DNA of 20,706 bases, taken from contig CAVTCR010000087.1 of NCBI GenBank assembly GCA_963733195.1, positions 1-20,706 of the forward strand. Reading direction: 5' to 3'. This document shows positions 17,791-20,706 of the stretch, piece after piece (position 1 is the first letter of the stretch; every line of letters begins with the position of its first letter). The position numbers were made by a program, and so were the translations under genes. This DNA is from an uncultured delta proteobacterium. Its GTDB lineage: Bacteria; Desulfobacterota; Binatia; Bin18. The notes under the pieces are model-generated. The model was not told the DNA's origin. It ran no database searches and worked only from the letters and a program-made list of their open reading frames with translations.

Positions 17791-17880
17791 AGCCATGGAG
17801 TCCCGCTGATCCTGGCCGGAGATGAAGTGCTGAGAACGCAGCGCGGGAACAACAACGGCTACTGTCAGGATAACCGGATC
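17791..17880 (+). pseudogene. glgX: Internal fragment of a glycogen debranching enzyme
   Basis: [28 protein letters not shown] matches the GlgX signature SQGVP....GDE..RTQ.GNNNAYCQDN. The flanks are unrelated. Confidence 0.8.
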
Positions 17881-17997
17881 TGTCAGAACTCGCGCCAAAT
17901 TTCGATCTTACTACAAGATATAGGGAGCTTTCATTCGTACAGCGCACTACATATAGTTATAGACTGTCTTTTTGGCGCGAAACCTGACAGATCAAAA

Positions 17998-18063
17998 CTG
18001 AACCATCTGAACCGTAATTTGAACCATGTCAGCGTGTATTTGAACCCCGACGTAATGTATACC
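17998..18063 (+). promoter_or_regulatory. YTGAACC-box array G with -10-like hexamer, upstream of the 18282 gene
   Basis: TGAACC at 17999, 18008, 18020, 18041 (9/12/21), then 12 nt after TGAAC, then TATACC (18058-18063). Confidence 0.78.
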
Positions 18064-18281
18064 CATAACTTGTTGAGAGAGTTTCGCAAGTTCGCGCAAG
18101 AATTCGTCAGAGTAGAGGAAAATCAAATGGCCTTTTCCACACGATGTCGCGCGCCTCCTGTCGCCCATTTCAGGGGTAGGGGTTTTTTAAGCTGCAAGGA
18201 GAATCTTATTAGTCGCTCTTAGTTTGGTTACTTTAGGCGAAAACCGATCCTTGGCTAACGGGGATCAGAAAGGAAACGAGA

Positions 18282-18695
18282 ATGAAGATCAAGCAACTGA
18301 CTTTGGTGGCCTCGTTCGTGGTCGCGGCTGTCGTCCTCATAGGGGCTGTGGGCAGCGTCAGAGCTGCGGACGAGTGGTTCGTGCTCAGCGAGCAGACGAT
18401 CAAAACTGCCGATCAAGGCGTGGATATCAAGAGCCAAGGGGGTCGGTGGGATAAGGACGTCAAGCAGGTAAGGATGAGCGTCGAAGGCGCTGACGTGCAG
18501 ATCACGAAGGCCGTCCTTGGCTGGGACAATCGCCCCGACGACACGATCACGGATATCGGAGTCCTGAAAGCAGGCGGCTCGACGACGCCGAAGGATGCTC
18601 CGGGACGTAAGGGCCGGCTCAAGTCGGTGACGGTCGAGTACAAGATCGTGGGGAATGCACCGACGGCCGTGCTCAAGGTCTGGGGCTACGACTGA
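18282..18695 (+). CDS. Exported beta-rich hypothetical protein (possibly DUF2541-like)
   Basis: AAGGAA RBS, signal peptide (VRA-A), beta-strand-rich mature region ending LKVWGYD. Confidence 0.8.
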   Translation: MKIKQLTLVASFVVAAVVLIGAVGSVRAADEWFVLSEQTIKTADQGVDIKSQGGRWDKDVKQVRMSVEGADVQITKAVLGWDNRPDDTITDIGVLKAGGSTTPKDAPGRKGRLKSVTVEYKIVGNAPTAVLKVWGYD

Positions 18696-18734
18696 GCGGG
18701 GCGTGAACGCTGACCGGAGCACCTGCGCAGCGGG

Positions 18735-18830
18735 AGCGTGAGGGCGGCCAGGGAGAAGAAGGTGGCTTGGCGCTCTTCCAGCCGCTCATGCCCTTTGTCC
18801 ACAATCTGGAGCAGGCCCAGGGGGATGCAG
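18735..18830 (-). mobile_element. Possible ISAs1-family transposase remnant
   Basis: A minus-strand frame reads IVDKGHERLEERQATFFSL, resembling the ISAs1 motif DKGHGR.E.R. No other support seen. Confidence 0.35.
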
Positions 18831-19095
18831 GAGAGATCCCCCGGCTGTTGTGGGGAAGACCTGGCAATGGGGAGAAACGATCACGCCGGTCGCAAAGATC
18901 ACGGGGGCGAATCCGGAACCGGACACGGTCCTCTTGACGGGGGAAGGCCAGCTTCACGCACGGGTTGACTGCAACCGCGGCGGCGGCTCTTAGAAGATTT
19001 TCGAGCGCTTGCGGCCGGCCTCATCACACCTGGAGTTGCATTCCGCCCGTTCAGATGGATTCTCAGCAACATTCCAATCAAGAAAGGGCGTGATT

Positions 19096-19740
19096 ATGCA
19101 GTATGCCAAGGAATTTTTTGTGAACACGTTGGTTGGCGGCCTGCTCGTTGTCGTGCCGATTTACCTCGCCGTTTTGCTGCTGCTCAAAGCCATGAAGTCG
19201 GTAGCGGGCCTGGTGCGGCCATTGGCGAAGTTACTCCCGCCCTCGCTCCCCGCTGAGAATATCCTCTCGCTGCTCCTGGTGTTGGGTCTCTGTTTCCTCG
19301 TCGGGCTGGCCGTCCGCGCCCCAAAGGGGCGAGCGATTCGGGAACGCATTGAGAAATCGCTGTTCGAACGCATCCCCGGCTACGCCCTGATTCGGAGTTT
19401 GACCCAACGCCTGGCCGGCGAGGGTGGCGAGAACGTGTGGCAGCCGGCGCTGGCCGAGATTGAGGACGCCCTCGTGCCCGCCTTCATCATTGAGGAGTTA
19501 GCGGACGGGCGCTTCACCGTCTTCGTCCCCTCGATCCCCACGCCCCTGGCGGGCGCCGTGTATGTCCTGAGCCGGGACCGTGTGCATCCCCTGGACGTCC
19601 CCTTCACGCAGGCTGTCCAGACCGTCTCGCGGTGGGGGTCCGGGGCAAAAGATCTGGTGGCGGCGATGCAAAAGCCCAGCCTTGCTGAAGCCGCGGTGCG
19701 ATCAGCCCGGGAGCTCGGCGGCACGCAAGTGACTCGATGA
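19096..19740 (+). CDS. DUF502 domain-containing membrane protein
   Basis: GGLLVVVPI, two TM helices, ERIPGYALIRS, TVFVPSIPTPLAGAVY. ATG 19096 follows AAAGGG. Confidence 0.88.
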   Translation: MQYAKEFFVNTLVGGLLVVVPIYLAVLLLLKAMKSVAGLVRPLAKLLPPSLPAENILSLLLVLGLCFLVGLAVRAPKGRAIRERIEKSLFERIPGYALIRSLTQRLAGEGGENVWQPALAEIEDALVPAFIIEELADGRFTVFVPSIPTPLAGAVYVLSRDRVHPLDVPFTQAVQTVSRWGSGAKDLVAAMQKPSLAEAAVRSARELGGTQVTR

Positions 19741-20044
19741 CGGGCACTGACCCGCGCCCGGTGTTCTCCAGGACCAAGAGAGAGGAGTCGATCGTGAGAG
19801 CTAGGAGTCCTTACCGGTAACGTGCAGAAACCACAAGAGATCATGCCAATTGGCGCTCGCGATAAAATCACTATGGGTGATGTGGCCGCCTTTGACACGA
19901 ATGAGGTCGGGCTAGCGAGCTCTGAAACTGCGATCTCCCCAGGGCTCAGCGCAACATCGCCGAGATATCCTGGCCGCACACGACTAGGAGACTTTTCTGG
20001 GCAAAACGATACGGGGAGCCTTCAACAGCGTCTGAGAGCGGCCA

Positions 20045-20232
20045 GGCTCCATGTTGCTTTACCACAGCTATGCAGTGCTATGAACGGGGAAGCTCAGACT
20101 GAGACGGGGTGTTGCCAAAGGGAAGAATTTAACAAGGAAATCATTTTGTGGGGAGTGAGATGGTATGTGGCCTACCCGATCAGTTATCGGCAGTGGGAGG
20201 AGATGATGAGCGAGCGGGGGGCAGCAATATGA
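20045..20232 (+). mobile_element. IS6-family remnant (left end and first ~30 codons of the transposase)
   Basis: FNKEIILWGVRWYVAYPISYRQWEEMMSERG (20128-20220) is the IS6 transposase N-terminus. GGCTCCATGTTGC at 20045 resembles a decayed IS6 IR. Confidence 0.8.
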
Positions 20233-20507
20233 AGCCTACGGCAAAGCGGCGTGAGGAGGTGCACCAAGAGTGTCGACAGCATGAGGCAAAGTCGGCCGCG
20301 GCGGCGGTGTCCGGGATCAGGGGGACACTTTATCGCGTTTGCTGCGCCAGGGGCGGCTTCGGCCGCTCGCCTCCCGTCGCGAGACCACGAGCCAAATGGC
20401 TCGACACAGTCCGCAAGGAACACAACATGAGCAACAACACCGAGAGAGAAGGGTGGATGAGGAACCCTGAAACACCACAGATGATGAAACCAAAAGGAGA
20501 AAGACAC

Positions 20508-20706
20508 ATGAAGCGAGTAATAGCGATCCTGAGCGCGTGCGGGTTGGTCTTAGCCCTTTCCCTGCCCAGCTGGGCGCAGACAGCGCTCCCGACCCATACG
20601 GTCACTCTGGCGGGCACCGTGGAGACCATCGACCATGGCAAGCGCGTCGTGAACATCAGGACGGCCGATGGCAAGTTCGAGACGATCGACGTGCCCCCAA
20701 GCGCGA
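20508..20706 (+). CDS. Exported hypothetical protein, 3'-partial
   Basis: AAGGAG (20494-20499), then ATG: MKRVIAILSACGLVLALSLPSWA-QTALPTHTVTLAGTVETIDHGKRVVNIRTADGKFETIDVPPSA. Runs off the window and is not in the ORF track. Confidence 0.85.
   Translation, partial: MKRVIAILSACGLVLALSLPSWAQTALPTHTVTLAGTVETIDHGKRVVNIRTADGKFETIDVPPSA

Noticed and set aside
17734-18222. 162-aa ORF as a real gene
   Set aside because: A chance read-through joining the glgX fragment, promoter array G (NHLNRNLNH is the translated repeat) and a short downstream ORF.
19822-20232. 136-aa ORF as an intact gene
   Set aside because: Only the last ~35 codons are recognisable (IS6 transposase start); the rest has no support.

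Overview
A 20.7-kb GC-rich bacterial accessory region with no rRNA, tRNA or CRISPR array seen. It encodes mostly membrane or secreted proteins of unknown or loosely defined function: an AI-2E transporter, DUF2092, a Gly/Gln-rich exported protein, a Cys-rich-repeat protein, a K+ channel, a YSC84/SYLF protein, a TPR lipoprotein, DUF502 and two conserved hypothetical membrane proteins. It also holds a TauD-family dioxygenase, a tandem pair of thymidylate-kinase-like genes, a CBM48-like/esterase gene and a central, frameshifted ~1,040-codon regulator (OmpR/CadC-type winged helix + STAND/AAA ATPase + TPR-like). The main hidden signal is non-coding. Seven intergenic regions carry helically phased YTGAACC direct-repeat arrays, always oriented with the downstream gene and ending 12-13 nt before a -10-like hexamer, and one array abuts the regulator's own start codon. 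This points to an apparently undescribed regulon of the wHTH-STAND protein, with a 66-aa divergent partner gene. The region is also littered with gene stubs (class II FBP aldolase start, glgX core motif, beta-barrel C-terminus, duplicated YSC84 3' end) and IS remnants (IS110, IS6, possibly ISAs1), indicating strong gene turnover. The regulator's heptamer-repeat inserts resemble what I recall from Candidatus Binatia/Tectomicrobia-like genomes (inference only). Several frameshifts may be long-read errors.
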